64,000 bases of DNA from a virus. Its lineage: Duplodnaviria; Caudoviricetes. Shown here in pieces: positions 1 to 9,440 of the stretch (positions are counted from its first letter, which is position 1; each line of letters starts with the position of its first letter). Position numbers and translations under genes: made by a program. The DNA is taken from the IMG/VR virus record IMGVR_UViG_3300034073_003276; one strand, written 5' to 3'. The notes under the pieces were generated by a model, which saw nothing but the letters and a program-made list of their open reading frames with translations, was not told where the DNA came from and did not search any database.

Positions 1-205
1 TAGTTTCTGAGTTTCCTGCAATCTTCATTAAAACTCTTTCACCACCTCTTAAAGGAAGACCATTGTAAATTGATTGCCTTCCTGTGCCACCTTCTGCAAC
101 AATTGTGTTTCCTGTGTTGATAACCTTAACTTTCGCTGTGATTGTTGGTGAAAAAATATCCTCATAATAGTCAATCGCAATCGCACCTGTTGAGATGTCA
201 ATCGT
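1..205 (-). CDS. 5' part of a baseplate hub/tail protein (gp27-like), runs off the left edge
   Basis: Manual translation MSIQKSIYEQLVLESNDRSRTIDISTGAIAIDYYEDIFSPTITAK...; the YYEDIFSP motif resembles cyanomyovirus baseplate hub proteins; baseplate gene context. Confidence 0.5.
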
Positions 206-264
206 CCTACTACGATCGCTTGACTCTAAAACTAACTGCTCGTAAATGGACTTTTGAATTGACA

Positions 265-2187
265 TTATAGGTAAGCTAGATCCAGGAGAAGTTTATTCTT
301 GATAAAGTTATTTAACAAGTCAAAATCACTGATTGGAGAAGGTGCTGCTCCCCCACCACTTGCAGCAGGAGTAATAATATTTTGCTGTTGTCTTGGTTGG
401 TCTACAATTATAATGTCTTGCCCTCTTCTTTCTGGAGTAAGCGCAGAAGGAACTGTTTGTGACTGTTGAGGCGCTGCTGCGATTTGTGCTGGTGTTGCTG
501 ATACAACTCCAGGTCCAGGTTGAGTATTAAATGGGGCAAACTTACTATATCTACTGAGAGCATCAAATCTTCCTGTTACTTGCCCCCCATTCCATCCAGT
601 TCCAGCCTCCCAATGTAAATGAGGTCCGGATGTTCTACCAGTCATACCAACTTTTCCTATCACCTCACCCTTTTTAACTGGACCTCCCCTTTTATATCCC
701 GATTGCATATGACCATACAAGTGATAAATTCCACGATCATCTTTCATTACTAGAAAGTTTCCCCAACCTTTTTCAAAATCAGAATCGACAATAACACCGT
801 CAGAAATTGCTCTTAATGGTGTTCCCATTTTAACTTGCAAATCAACTCCTTTATGTCCCCTTCCAGCACCAAGTCTATCACCAATTGTTGGATTCACATT
901 TCCAACAGGAACTTGTTGTATTTGCGATTCTTGTTTTGATGGTTGAAGTTGAGCAGGACCTCCCCTTCTTTGTTTATCAAGAACACTTGCTGCTGCTTCT
1001 GGTGAAATACTAGCTTTATTTCTGCCAATACCAGCATACCTAGATTGCCCACGAACTCTGCCTGCTTCTGGATATTCTAGACCAACTGAAGCAAATTCTC
1101 TTGCCAATTGTTGAACAGCTGTTCTTCTATCATTTGATTTCCCATTAATGTATGCACCAATTTCCGGTCTTTTAACATCAATTAAGTAATCAAAGAGTCT
1201 GTTTTGAGTTGCAGAGTTAAATTTAGCATTTAATGGAATTTTGGTATATTTGACAGCACCAGATAAAGTGGAAGGAATAAATTGATATTTACCAACTGCA
1301 ACAACTCTACCTTGTCTTTGAGCTTGCATAATTTCACCAACTGTCATATCAGTTAGGTTTTTACCAAAAATAGATTTCGCACCACCTGGAGTATCGCCAG
1401 CATTGCCCCTATTAACTGAATTAATTCCACCTTCACCTTTTACAACTAAGGATGCTAACTCTGGGTATTTTGTTCCCCCAGAAGAAGGAGCACTACCACT
1501 ATAAGGAGGTGGTTCTTGATAGGCACCTTGATCGGTTTGTTGTGTTCCTGTTTCAGGAATTTCTTCACCACTATACTTACCTTCTGTAAGTGGTGTTGTT
1601 AATAAACTAAACGCTTCTTCAATTTGTCCAGTTAGACTTCCCATAGTGCTATTCAATTCACTCATCGAATTTTTCACACGATTTGATGTATCAAAGAAAT
1701 CAAACTGCAATAAGTTTTGCCCTAAAGAACTTAAAAGACTTCCAACCCCAGTAAACAGTTTAATTGTATTATTGAAAAATCCGGATACAATCTCACCCGC
1801 TTTCTGAATTCTTGCAATAAACTCTTTACCCATTGCAATCCAGGTTGGAAGATTATTCATCAACCAACCAGCAGCAAGATAACCAAGAAATCCTAAAATT
1901 CTGTTAAAAAATCCTTTAGCGCCAGTTTTTTCTACTAACTGTTGAGCGCCTGTTGGAATAGCAGCAACTCTAGGCGCTTCAAGTTCATCCTCAAGCATCA
2001 TTCTCTTTTCACTTTCTTCTCTTCTTTTTCTGAAGAGATTTGTTTGGGCAAATGCTTCTCTCTTAACCTTAGTTCTCTTTAGAATGACTTGCCCTATGTT
2101 TTTTATGCCCTCTCTACCTTGAGCAACTCCCTTCTTAGATTCATTTGCTGTAAAAATTACTCTTCTAACTGGTGCTGATACTGCCAT
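265..2187 (-). CDS. Baseplate/tail-associated peptidoglycan hydrolase: lysozyme-like domain plus M23 peptidase
   Basis: KGEGG...AVGKYQFIPSTL lysozyme-like segment; HKGVD and GPHLH M23 zinc motifs. Confidence 0.75.
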   Translation of the reverse strand: MAVSAPVRRVIFTANESKKGVAQGREGIKNIGQVILKRTKVKREAFAQTNLFRKRREESEKRMMLEDELEAPRVAAIPTGAQQLVEKTGAKGFFNRILGFLGYLAAGWLMNNLPTWIAMGKEFIARIQKAGEIVSGFFNNTIKLFTGVGSLLSSLGQNLLQFDFFDTSNRVKNSMSELNSTMGSLTGQIEEAFSLLTTPLTEGKYSGEEIPETGTQQTDQGAYQEPPPYSGSAPSSGGTKYPELASLVVKGEGGINSVNRGNAGDTPGGAKSIFGKNLTDMTVGEIMQAQRQGRVVAVGKYQFIPSTLSGAVKYTKIPLNAKFNSATQNRLFDYLIDVKRPEIGAYINGKSNDRRTAVQQLAREFASVGLEYPEAGRVRGQSRYAGIGRNKASISPEAAASVLDKQRRGGPAQLQPSKQESQIQQVPVGNVNPTIGDRLGAGRGHKGVDLQVKMGTPLRAISDGVIVDSDFEKGWGNFLVMKDDRGIYHLYGHMQSGYKRGGPVKKGEVIGKVGMTGRTSGPHLHWEAGTGWNGGQVTGRFDALSRYSKFAPFNTQPGPGVVSATPAQIAAAPQQSQTVPSALTPERRGQDIIIVDQPRQQQNIITPAASGGGAAPSPISDFDLLNNFIKNKLLLDLAYL

Positions 2188-2188
2188 A

Positions 2189-3838
2189 TTACATCACCAC
2201 ATTGTAGTTAAGTTGTGAGTAGAGCACATAGAAATTATCAGTGTTTGAAGATGGTATAAATGGCACATCAGTTAAAGGTTCTTGTTGAGAAACCATTGTC
2301 TGGGTTCTATCTTTTCCACCACCTGCCATAATAATATTTGGTTTTGCTTCAGGTAAAGTGCCAACAGGTGTATTTGGTTTTGGCGGTGCTTGAATATCTG
2401 CAGCAGGTGCTTTTTCTTGAAGTAAACCTTCAAGATTTACTGTGCCATATGGAGGTGCTGTTTCTTGTGTTGGTGATTGTGCTGGACCTTGTAGCATATT
2501 TGCAGTATCTACCCCAAATGTCATTTCAGACATTGATGGTATTGCAGGTGTTTGTGGTTGTGATGGTGCTGCTACTTGTGCTGCTGGTGGTGCTGGAGTT
2601 GCTGCTGGTTGTGCGGATGGCTGTGCTGCTGTTGGTGTTGGTTGGTCTTCTTTTTTGCCAAAGAATGTGCCCTTTCCAAATCCAAATTCTCTTGCTACAT
2701 CCAATCCAGCAAATCCTAATCCAATACCAGGAATTGCAGATCCATAAGATAATAAACCACCAACAATGTCTCCTTGCGAAATTCTATAAGTTCCAACACC
2801 AATTGCCAATGGAGTAAGAATTTTAGAAGCAATACTACCAGTACCCTTTAAAAAACTCCGAGCGCCCTTTCCTATATTATTAACGCCTCCCAAAAATCTT
2901 GACATTGGACTACCTGCACCCAATACCTTTCCACCACTGGTAGTAATAGGTACTCTTCCACCGGGTCTTGTAATTGTTTTTGCTGCGTTAGCACCAAACC
3001 CAAGTAGTCTTCCAATTGCAGCACCTGCTAATCTAAACGGTGCCAGAGCGATTCTAGCAACAAAACTTGCCAACTTAAGAGTCAATCCAGTAATGGTTCT
3101 CATTAAGAGACCGAATCCTAGATTTACAGCAGCAAAAGCACCTATTGCAAATAATACATTCTTAATGACATTGTTTTTAATCTCTTCAAGTTTCTTAGTA
3201 TCACCTTCAGCAAGTGCTTTTAGGGTTTCAATCCCCTGATTTGTCAACCATCCAAAGAATAATGTCGTCAAGGCACCCATTATTCGGTCAAAAAGACTTG
3301 TAACCGTTTGCTGAAGTTTAGCAATCGGTCTCATTAATGCTGCTTGAATATTTTTCTCTAATTCACTTTCCTTCCCAAGACGAACTTTACGCTCTGCTAA
3401 TCTTCTTTCTGCTTCTTGTTCTTGTTTAAGTTGATTCTGCTCTAAAGCACTTTCTGCTTGAAGTTGTTTTGCAGTGTTTTGAATTCCTTGATTTAATTCA
3501 GTTACTTGTACGCGAATAACATCAAGACTCTGCTGAAGACCTCCAATTGATTGTGCGTTTGTTTGTATTTGTAATGTCTGTGCCCTATCTACTAAACTTG
3601 TTTGTGGTCTTACTACAATCGCAGATCCTGCAGCAACTGCTCCTCCGCCACCTGCTCCACCGCCAGCGGTACCACCCCCACCACCTGCTACTGTACGACC
3701 ACCAAAAACTGATCTTGGTAATGTAGTGATTCTACCAAGAGAAAATTTTTGTAGGGTAATTCTTTCCGAGCTGGTATAGTAACCACCACTTGGCTTTTCG
3801 CCTGTTTGTGCTCTTAAACCAGCTTCTGCCCTATCCAT
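2189..3838 (-). CDS. Baseplate hub/tape-measure-like structural protein
   Basis: Coiled coil, Gly/Ala-rich hydrophobic middle, Pro-rich tail; follows gp26-gp51. Confidence 0.45.
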   Translation of the reverse strand: MDRAEAGLRAQTGEKPSGGYYTSSERITLQKFSLGRITTLPRSVFGGRTVAGGGGGTAGGGAGGGGAVAAGSAIVVRPQTSLVDRAQTLQIQTNAQSIGGLQQSLDVIRVQVTELNQGIQNTAKQLQAESALEQNQLKQEQEAERRLAERKVRLGKESELEKNIQAALMRPIAKLQQTVTSLFDRIMGALTTLFFGWLTNQGIETLKALAEGDTKKLEEIKNNVIKNVLFAIGAFAAVNLGFGLLMRTITGLTLKLASFVARIALAPFRLAGAAIGRLLGFGANAAKTITRPGGRVPITTSGGKVLGAGSPMSRFLGGVNNIGKGARSFLKGTGSIASKILTPLAIGVGTYRISQGDIVGGLLSYGSAIPGIGLGFAGLDVAREFGFGKGTFFGKKEDQPTPTAAQPSAQPAATPAPPAAQVAAPSQPQTPAIPSMSEMTFGVDTANMLQGPAQSPTQETAPPYGTVNLEGLLQEKAPAADIQAPPKPNTPVGTLPEAKPNIIMAGGGKDRTQTMVSQQEPLTDVPFIPSSNTDNFYVLYSQLNYNVVM

Positions 3839-3872
3839 TCGATTGATTCTTCAGGGTTTCTTCTTCAATATA
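3831..3872 (-). pseudogene. Orphaned duplicate 3' end of gp51 (YIEEETLKNQSNG*)
   Basis: Parallels the current gp51 end YIEEENLKNNQNS*; stop overlaps the ATG of the next gene (ATGGATAG). Confidence 0.75.
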
Positions 3873-3875
3873 AGT

Positions 3876-3988
3876 TATTTATTTGATAAATATGAATACC
3901 TGATCTGGTGGTTCTTTTCAGGTTGGGATAAAGCACCTTTGGGTGCTTTTCCTGTATAAATAGCAATAACCACCAGATTAGAGTAACA
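3876..3988 (+). promoter_or_regulatory. Endonuclease leader: TAAATA, outer stem, inner hairpin, TATAAATA late promoter
   Basis: TAAATA 3887-3892; ATCTGGTGGTT 3903-3913 pairs with AACCACCAGAT 3968-3978; AAAGCACC-TTTG-GGTGCTTT 3930-3949; TATAAATA 3955-3962. Confidence 0.75.
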
Positions 3989-4618
3989 ATGAAAAATCTT
4001 AAAAGATTTTACACTTACGCATATTTGCGTGAAAACAAAACACCATATTATATTGGTAAAGGAAGTAATAATAGACTGCACAAAAGAAAAAAGAGTGATG
4101 TAAAGCCTCCAAAAGATAAATCTAGAATAATAATATTAAAACAAAATCTCACAGAAAAAGAAGCATTTAATCACGAAGAATATATGATTTATGTCTTTGG
4201 TAGAAAAGATTTAGGCACAGGTATTCTTCTTAATAAAACAAGCGGGGGCGAAGGATCAAGTGGTGCCATTCGTTCTTTAGAATTTAAATTAAATTTGAGT
4301 GAAATAAACAAAAATAAAATTCTCTCAAAGGAGCATAAAGAAAAAATAGGCAATGCACAGAAAGGAGAAAAAAATCATAATTATGGAAAATCTGCATCCA
4401 AAGAAACCAGAGAAAAAATGAGTAATGCACAATTAGGCGAAAAACATCCTAGGGCAAACTGGTGGAAACTTACTTTCTCAAATGGAAACACGATAGAAAT
4501 ATGTGGATTGCCTAGTTGGGCAAAGGAAAATAATTATAGTTGTGGAAATATTCATATGGTTTATCTAGGAAATAGAAAAAAACATAAAGACATTATAAAA
4601 GTTGAAAAAATAAGATAA
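3989..4618 (+). mobile_element. Free-standing GIY-YIG homing endonuclease (Seg-like, NUMOD3-type repeats)
   Basis: FYTYAYLRE...YYIGKG...R motif, basic low-complexity DNA-binding tail; oriented opposite to its neighbours. Confidence 0.85.
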
Positions 4619-4619
4619 T

Positions 4620-4793
4620 TTAAGAATTTTGATTATTTTTTAAGTTTTCCTCTTCAATATATTGTTGGAGAAGAGTAATGTAAACTTCCCTTTCCCAAGG
4701 TATAAGATTTTCTAGTTCAGTTAAAGACCATCGATGATGTTGTACAAGGGCAAAATTTGTCTTGTAATATGATGCAAGATCCTCATGCATCAT
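4620..4793 (-). CDS. gp51: Baseplate hub assembly catalyst gp51 (57 aa, below the ORF-track cutoff)
   Basis: Manual translation MMHEDLASYYKTNFALVQHHRWSLTELENLIPWEREVYITLLQQYIEEENLKNNQNS; follows gp26. Confidence 0.85.
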   Translation of the reverse strand: MMHEDLASYYKTNFALVQHHRWSLTELENLIPWEREVYITLLQQYIEEENLKNNQNS

Positions 4794-4795
4794 CG

Positions 4796-5515
4796 CTAGG
4801 CGAAAAAACTTGTTAGACCCTCCAAGACAACTTCACTTTCAACTCCAGTATTTGGATTCTTCACTTTAATTGTATGAGAAAGTTTTGGCATTGTTTCAAA
4901 AAACTTTTCAATGTCTTTGAATTGTTGAGAAGTGAGTTGCTCAAGAAATTCTTTCAATTCTTTTTTAGTCGAATCTGATGCTGCCCAAGATTCTTCTTCA
5001 CTATAAATCTGCTCAATACAAGAAATAATCATATCAAAAGTGTCATCAACAGAAATCTCTTCTCCAACTACAAAGTTACTCTTCACAAACTCTTGCATTG
5101 ATGGATATCTCATTCTCAGAGTTAGATTATCATCAAGTTTAATATCTCTCGAATGCTCCTTATCAAATTCAACTTGAATATCGTCTAAGTTGATACTCAT
5201 AGGAACTTGTGTAGTGCCATCATCAGGGCAGGTAATTAAAATATCAACCGACTCTCCAACAGATTTTCCTCGAATATTCAGAAACAAATATTCAATATCA
5301 AAGGTTGCAAGTTTCTCAACCTTGATTCCACGACTGATAATACAATTTCCAATTACATTCTTAACAGCTTCGGCAATTTGCTTTGGATCTTCACTTTCCA
5401 TCGCAATAATTAGAATTTTCTCCTCCTTCACAAGAAATGGACGATACTTAATGCTCTTTTTCAGTGAAGGAATTTCCAACTCATATGTTGGTGTAGATAT
5501 TTTTGGTAAAGGCAT
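4796..5515 (-). CDS. gp26: Baseplate hub subunit gp26
   Basis: MPLPKISTPTYEL...YRPFLVKEEKILIIA...LEGLTSFF signature. Confidence 0.9.
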   Translation of the reverse strand: MPLPKISTPTYELEIPSLKKSIKYRPFLVKEEKILIIAMESEDPKQIAEAVKNVIGNCIISRGIKVEKLATFDIEYLFLNIRGKSVGESVDILITCPDDGTTQVPMSINLDDIQVEFDKEHSRDIKLDDNLTLRMRYPSMQEFVKSNFVVGEEISVDDTFDMIISCIEQIYSEEESWAASDSTKKELKEFLEQLTSQQFKDIEKFFETMPKLSHTIKVKNPNTGVESEVVLEGLTSFFA

Positions 5516-5545
5516 AATGACCTATAGAATTTCAGTTAAAATTAT

Positions 5546-6391
5546 TTAGAAGAGAGTTTCGGGGTTTGCTTGCGTAGATAATGGATTTGCTGATAAAGAT
5601 TCTGATGCAGTCTGAATTGTTTGATTAGTTTGCGTGCCAAAGGTGAAAGTTTCCTGAGATGCTCTGTAAACATCTTCTGCAGACTGTGGAGCGGATGGTG
5701 TATTTTGTGGTTGTAGAGGATTAAGATTATTGTTGTTTCCATTAAAGATATTGAATGAATTTGCCTTTCCAACAATGTATCTGTCATACTGGAAAGAAGC
5801 AGACACTTTCATAACATCGGATGCCATGTAAGAAACTGGAATAGAACTTATATTCAGAGGAAATAGTCCTCTGAAGTTGTATTCAATCTCTCTTCTATAA
5901 TCTCTATCAAACTTAACAATGGATACAGCATCTGCTTTGTAATATTTGGGATATTGCATCCTTACAAAATACCCATCTACATTTTGGTTGATTGGAGGAT
6001 TTTCTCCAGTAAGAGGTGTATTAGGATTACGATAAAAAGATCCACTTGCAATGAATTCCATCCAACACTCTAAGAAATTAAGCATTTGATAATCACTATC
6101 AACATAAAAATCTAGAGTGATTTCTGAATAAATTCTAGAGTTTGCAAACTTCTCCTGAACACCCATAAAGTTTCCATCAACCGTGAAAGAACCTAATGTA
6201 GTTGTTGGAAGAACAGCAGAATAGCAGAGAAGACCTGCACTTTCAGCAATAAATCTAGAGTTAATACCTTTATTACGGAGATATGACATTAACTGTGGTG
6301 GCAGAGTACCAAACTTCACCTCATAGTGAGAAGTTTGTGCCAGATTGGTCATCAATGGCTTAATATCAGATATTCTGCGGGGTGTTGCCAC
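5546..6391 (-). CDS. Tail tube/baseplate tube initiator-like protein (gp54/gp19 family)
   Basis: LAQTSHYEV...FYVD...YP..Y...PLNISSIPVSY pattern; context. Confidence 0.6.
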   Translation of the reverse strand: MATPRRISDIKPLMTNLAQTSHYEVKFGTLPPQLMSYLRNKGINSRFIAESAGLLCYSAVLPTTTLGSFTVDGNFMGVQEKFANSRIYSEITLDFYVDSDYQMLNFLECWMEFIASGSFYRNPNTPLTGENPPINQNVDGYFVRMQYPKYYKADAVSIVKFDRDYRREIEYNFRGLFPLNISSIPVSYMASDVMKVSASFQYDRYIVGKANSFNIFNGNNNNLNPLQPQNTPSAPQSAEDVYRASQETFTFGTQTNQTIQTASESLSANPLSTQANPETLF

Positions 6392-6433
6392 TCTAAATAC
6401 CTTATACGACTGTTTATATTATTAAGTATTTAG

Positions 6434-6871
6434 ATGTCATATAAAGGTAAATATAAACCATCATATCCAGAAAAATATAATGGTGACCCAACTAATATCA
6501 TCTATAGATCATTGTGGGAAAGAAAGTTTTGTGTATATTGCGACACCAACGAAAAAATAATTGAATGGTCATCTGAGGAAAAATGTATCCCTTATCGATC
6601 ACCTTTAGATGGGAGAATTCACAGATACTTTCCAGACTTTCTTATCAAGGTTAAAGAGTCTGATGGAAGCATCAAAAAATATATGATTGAGATTAAACCA
6701 TCGAAGCAAACTGTCCCTCCTACTAAACCAAAGAGGCAAACACAAAAATATATTGCTGAGGTCTATGAGTATGCTAAAAATCAATCAAAGTGGGAAGCAG
6801 CAAGAGAATGGTGTGCTGATAGAGGTTATGAGTTTAAAGTAATCACCGAGCACGAGTTAGGGATTAAGTAA
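6434..6871 (+). CDS. gp4: Head completion protein gp4 (TnsA-like nuclease fold)
   Basis: MSYKGKYKP...YRSLWE...WSSEE...HRYFPDF...IEIKP. Confidence 0.9.
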   Translation: MSYKGKYKPSYPEKYNGDPTNIIYRSLWERKFCVYCDTNEKIIEWSSEEKCIPYRSPLDGRIHRYFPDFLIKVKESDGSIKKYMIEIKPSKQTVPPTKPKRQTQKYIAEVYEYAKNQSKWEAAREWCADRGYEFKVITEHELGIK

Positions 6872-7245
6872 TGCCAAGAAAAACTCTTCAACAAAGACAA
6901 AGAAGTCGCCTTGCTGGTCTTGTAAAAAAGTTTATTGGTACTGAAGATGCTGATGATACAATGATTGAAATTATGAATGTATTGACTGAATCTCCATTAC
7001 CTCCAGTAGCAGGAAAGTATTATGTTTTTGTTTACAATGCAAAAACTCCAAACATAAATTATGACCAAAATCCTTTTGTCTATGTGAAAAAAGTTTATAA
7101 CTGGGGATTTACTGGATTAAATTATCATTGGGGGAAAGATAGACAGTATACTTGGGATGAAATCGCGGGTAAGTTATATGAAATTTATCCATCCGAAATT
7201 GAAGACTTAAAAAGATTATCTTTCGGCAATGTCAGGACTAAATAG
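6871..7245 (+). CDS. Conserved T4-like protein, possibly gp2 (DNA end protector)-like
   Basis: GKYYVFVY.AKT...YDQNP...GLNYHW pattern. Confidence 0.4.
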   Translation: MPRKTLQQRQRSRLAGLVKKFIGTEDADDTMIEIMNVLTESPLPPVAGKYYVFVYNAKTPNINYDQNPFVYVKKVYNWGFTGLNYHWGKDRQYTWDEIAGKLYEIYPSEIEDLKRLSFGNVRTK

Positions 7246-7260
7246 TTCAAAAAAAAATAA

Positions 7261-8172
7261 ATGGCACCCACATTCAGGTATCCACAAAAAAGATTAGAAA
7301 ATAATACCGACTATGTGAAAATTGATGCTTATGAATATCGCCCTCCAGGTGTTGGGCAATTAAGTTCTACCAATTTTGTAGTACCAACTTCAGATACATA
7401 TTATCAATCTATAGGTCAAAAAGATATACGAGGTAGTGTTATTCTTCCAATTCCACAATCTTTACCAGTCAATTCACAATCTGCAGGATGGGGTTCTGGT
7501 GGTATGAGTGGTATAATAGCTGCTGGGGTAGGCGTTGCACAGGAAACAATAAAAGCGGGAAATTCATTTCAAGGTTTTGGTCAAGGAGTATCTGCTTTTA
7601 TTAAAAAAGTAACATCTTCGGCACAGACTGGATTGGGACAAAAAGCAATTCAAGATTTTTTTGCAACGAAAGCAGTTGAGCAGTTACTTGGAACCGATCC
7701 AAACTTATTTGGAGAACTTCTATCAAGAGATACTGGAGCAGTGATTAATGAAAATATTGAGTTACTTTTTAGAGGAGTAAGCTTGAGAGAGCCTTTTTCT
7801 TTAGCATTTGATTTATCACCAAGAGATGCTGATGAGGGAAGAGTAATTAAAGATTTGGCATATTTCTTAAAAAAGGAAATGTCACCAAGAAAAGGAACTA
7901 CATCAGGTGCTGCAGGAGGATTATTCTTAACTGCCCCAAGTGTTTTTAAAATTCAATATATGAGTGGTGGAAAACCCCACCCATATCTAAATAAGTACAA
8001 AATATGTGCCCTTCAAAATTTGGGATTAAACTTTACAGGTTCTAATACCTATGCAACTTATTCTGACGGCACACCCGTTCATATGCAGTTGACCTTACAA
8101 TTCCAAGAATTGACTCCAATTTACGCGGAAGATTACAACAGCACAGAAGGAGCAACAGGAGTCGGATACTAA
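7261..8172 (+). CDS. gp48: Baseplate tail tube cap gp48
   Basis: NENIELLFRG...FSLAFDLSPRD...L.FQELTPIY. Confidence 0.85.
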   Translation: MAPTFRYPQKRLENNTDYVKIDAYEYRPPGVGQLSSTNFVVPTSDTYYQSIGQKDIRGSVILPIPQSLPVNSQSAGWGSGGMSGIIAAGVGVAQETIKAGNSFQGFGQGVSAFIKKVTSSAQTGLGQKAIQDFFATKAVEQLLGTDPNLFGELLSRDTGAVINENIELLFRGVSLREPFSLAFDLSPRDADEGRVIKDLAYFLKKEMSPRKGTTSGAAGGLFLTAPSVFKIQYMSGGKPHPYLNKYKICALQNLGLNFTGSNTYATYSDGTPVHMQLTLQFQELTPIYAEDYNSTEGATGVGY

Positions 8173-8864
8173 TGACTTACTTCAGAGAACTACCCAACTT
8201 AGAATATCAGTCATTCCTATCAGATTCTAATTCATCTGATCAGTATTTGATTGTCAAGAATCTTTTCCGTAGAGTCAAACTGCGTGATGACTTACAAAAT
8301 GTTTTTACTGTCTTTGACAAATATCAAATTCCAGATGGGTCTAGACCAGAATTAGTTGCTCAAGAACTTTATGGTAGCACTCAATATGATTGGGTAGTCA
8401 TCGTATCTGCAGGAATCACAAGACTCAGAGACCAATGGCCACTTTCCGATAAGCAAGTTTATGATTATGCAGAGTCAATTTATGGAAATAATTTGAATGC
8501 GATTCATCATTACGAAACTACAGAAGTCAGAGACTCAGAAGATAGATTAATTCTTCCTGCTGGTCAAGTTGTAGATGCAGACTTTAAGGTTTCTTACTAT
8601 GATGATGGCACTCTTTATACAAATGATGCAACAAGATTAGGAGATGATGTGATTCGTATTCCAGATCCTATAGTAGGAGTGAGTAATTATGAGTATGAAG
8701 TGAGAAAGAATAATGATAAGAGAGGTATCTATGTATTAAAACCAAGATACCTACAGCAAGTTATTAATGACACAAGAAAAGCGATGATTTATGATAGGTC
8801 ATCGCAGTATGTAAATGATACTCTAATTAAAACTGAGAATACTAAATCAACTATTCCATTTTAA
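8172..8864 (+). CDS. gp53: Baseplate wedge subunit gp53
   Basis: MTYFRELPN...RPELVAQELYG...YDWVV...QWP. Confidence 0.9.
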   Translation: MTYFRELPNLEYQSFLSDSNSSDQYLIVKNLFRRVKLRDDLQNVFTVFDKYQIPDGSRPELVAQELYGSTQYDWVVIVSAGITRLRDQWPLSDKQVYDYAESIYGNNLNAIHHYETTEVRDSEDRLILPAGQVVDADFKVSYYDDGTLYTNDATRLGDDVIRIPDPIVGVSNYEYEVRKNNDKRGIYVLKPRYLQQVINDTRKAMIYDRSSQYVNDTLIKTENTKSTIPF

Positions 8865-9440
8865 TTCTAGATTCTTATCAAAAACTATCACATAACGGTG
8901 CTTGCGGGAGCGTTCTTTCCATTCTCCCTCAGCACCTTTTACTTTTCCACGAGAGTGCTTAGTTCCGTCTGAATAGTAGAAATCTTTTTTTGGATCTGTG
9001 AGACCCATATACTTAAAGTTACAAGCGCGATAGATTGTGCCAGAATGAAAATCACTATCAGCGTAAGAGATAATTGCCTTAACTTCAGTATCTTTTCGTA
9101 ACTGTCTAATCGCTTTTGAAACAAACCAAGAAGTGATATTATACTCGCTCTGTTGAGTTTGTGGATGAATGCAGAGTCGTGAAAGTTCGAATAATCCTTG
9201 TTGTTCATTTCTCTCTAATCCAAAGGCACCTTTTGCGATTTCAGGAACAGGAAGTCCAGTGAAAATACAGACCCCAACAGGACCTCCAATATTTAACACA
9301 TCTGTAAAAGATTTTTTATATAAAGAATAATTATATCCACTTTTGAAATCTTTTGATATGTCTTTTAGATAATGGTAATTATACAATAATTCTTTTATTT
9401 CTGATTTGGGAACCCTTTGAATATAATAATCACTTTTCAT
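8847..9440 (-). CDS. Mom-like GNAT-fold protein (putative DNA modification enzyme)
   Basis: HYL...ELSRL...SWFVS...IISYAD...H.GTIYRA.NF.Y.G resembles the phage Mu Mom family; start trimmed to MKSDYY. Confidence 0.6.
   Translation of the reverse strand: MKSDYYIQRVPKSEIKELLYNYHYLKDISKDFKSGYNYSLYKKSFTDVLNIGGPVGVCIFTGLPVPEIAKGAFGLERNEQQGLFELSRLCIHPQTQQSEYNITSWFVSKAIRQLRKDTEVKAIISYADSDFHSGTIYRACNFKYMGLTDPKKDFYYSDGTKHSRGKVKGAEGEWKERSRKHRYVIVFDKNLELKWNS

Noticed and set aside
2338-2817. Plus-strand ORFs opposite the hub-like gene
   Set aside because: Shadows of a Pro/Ala/Gln-rich segment
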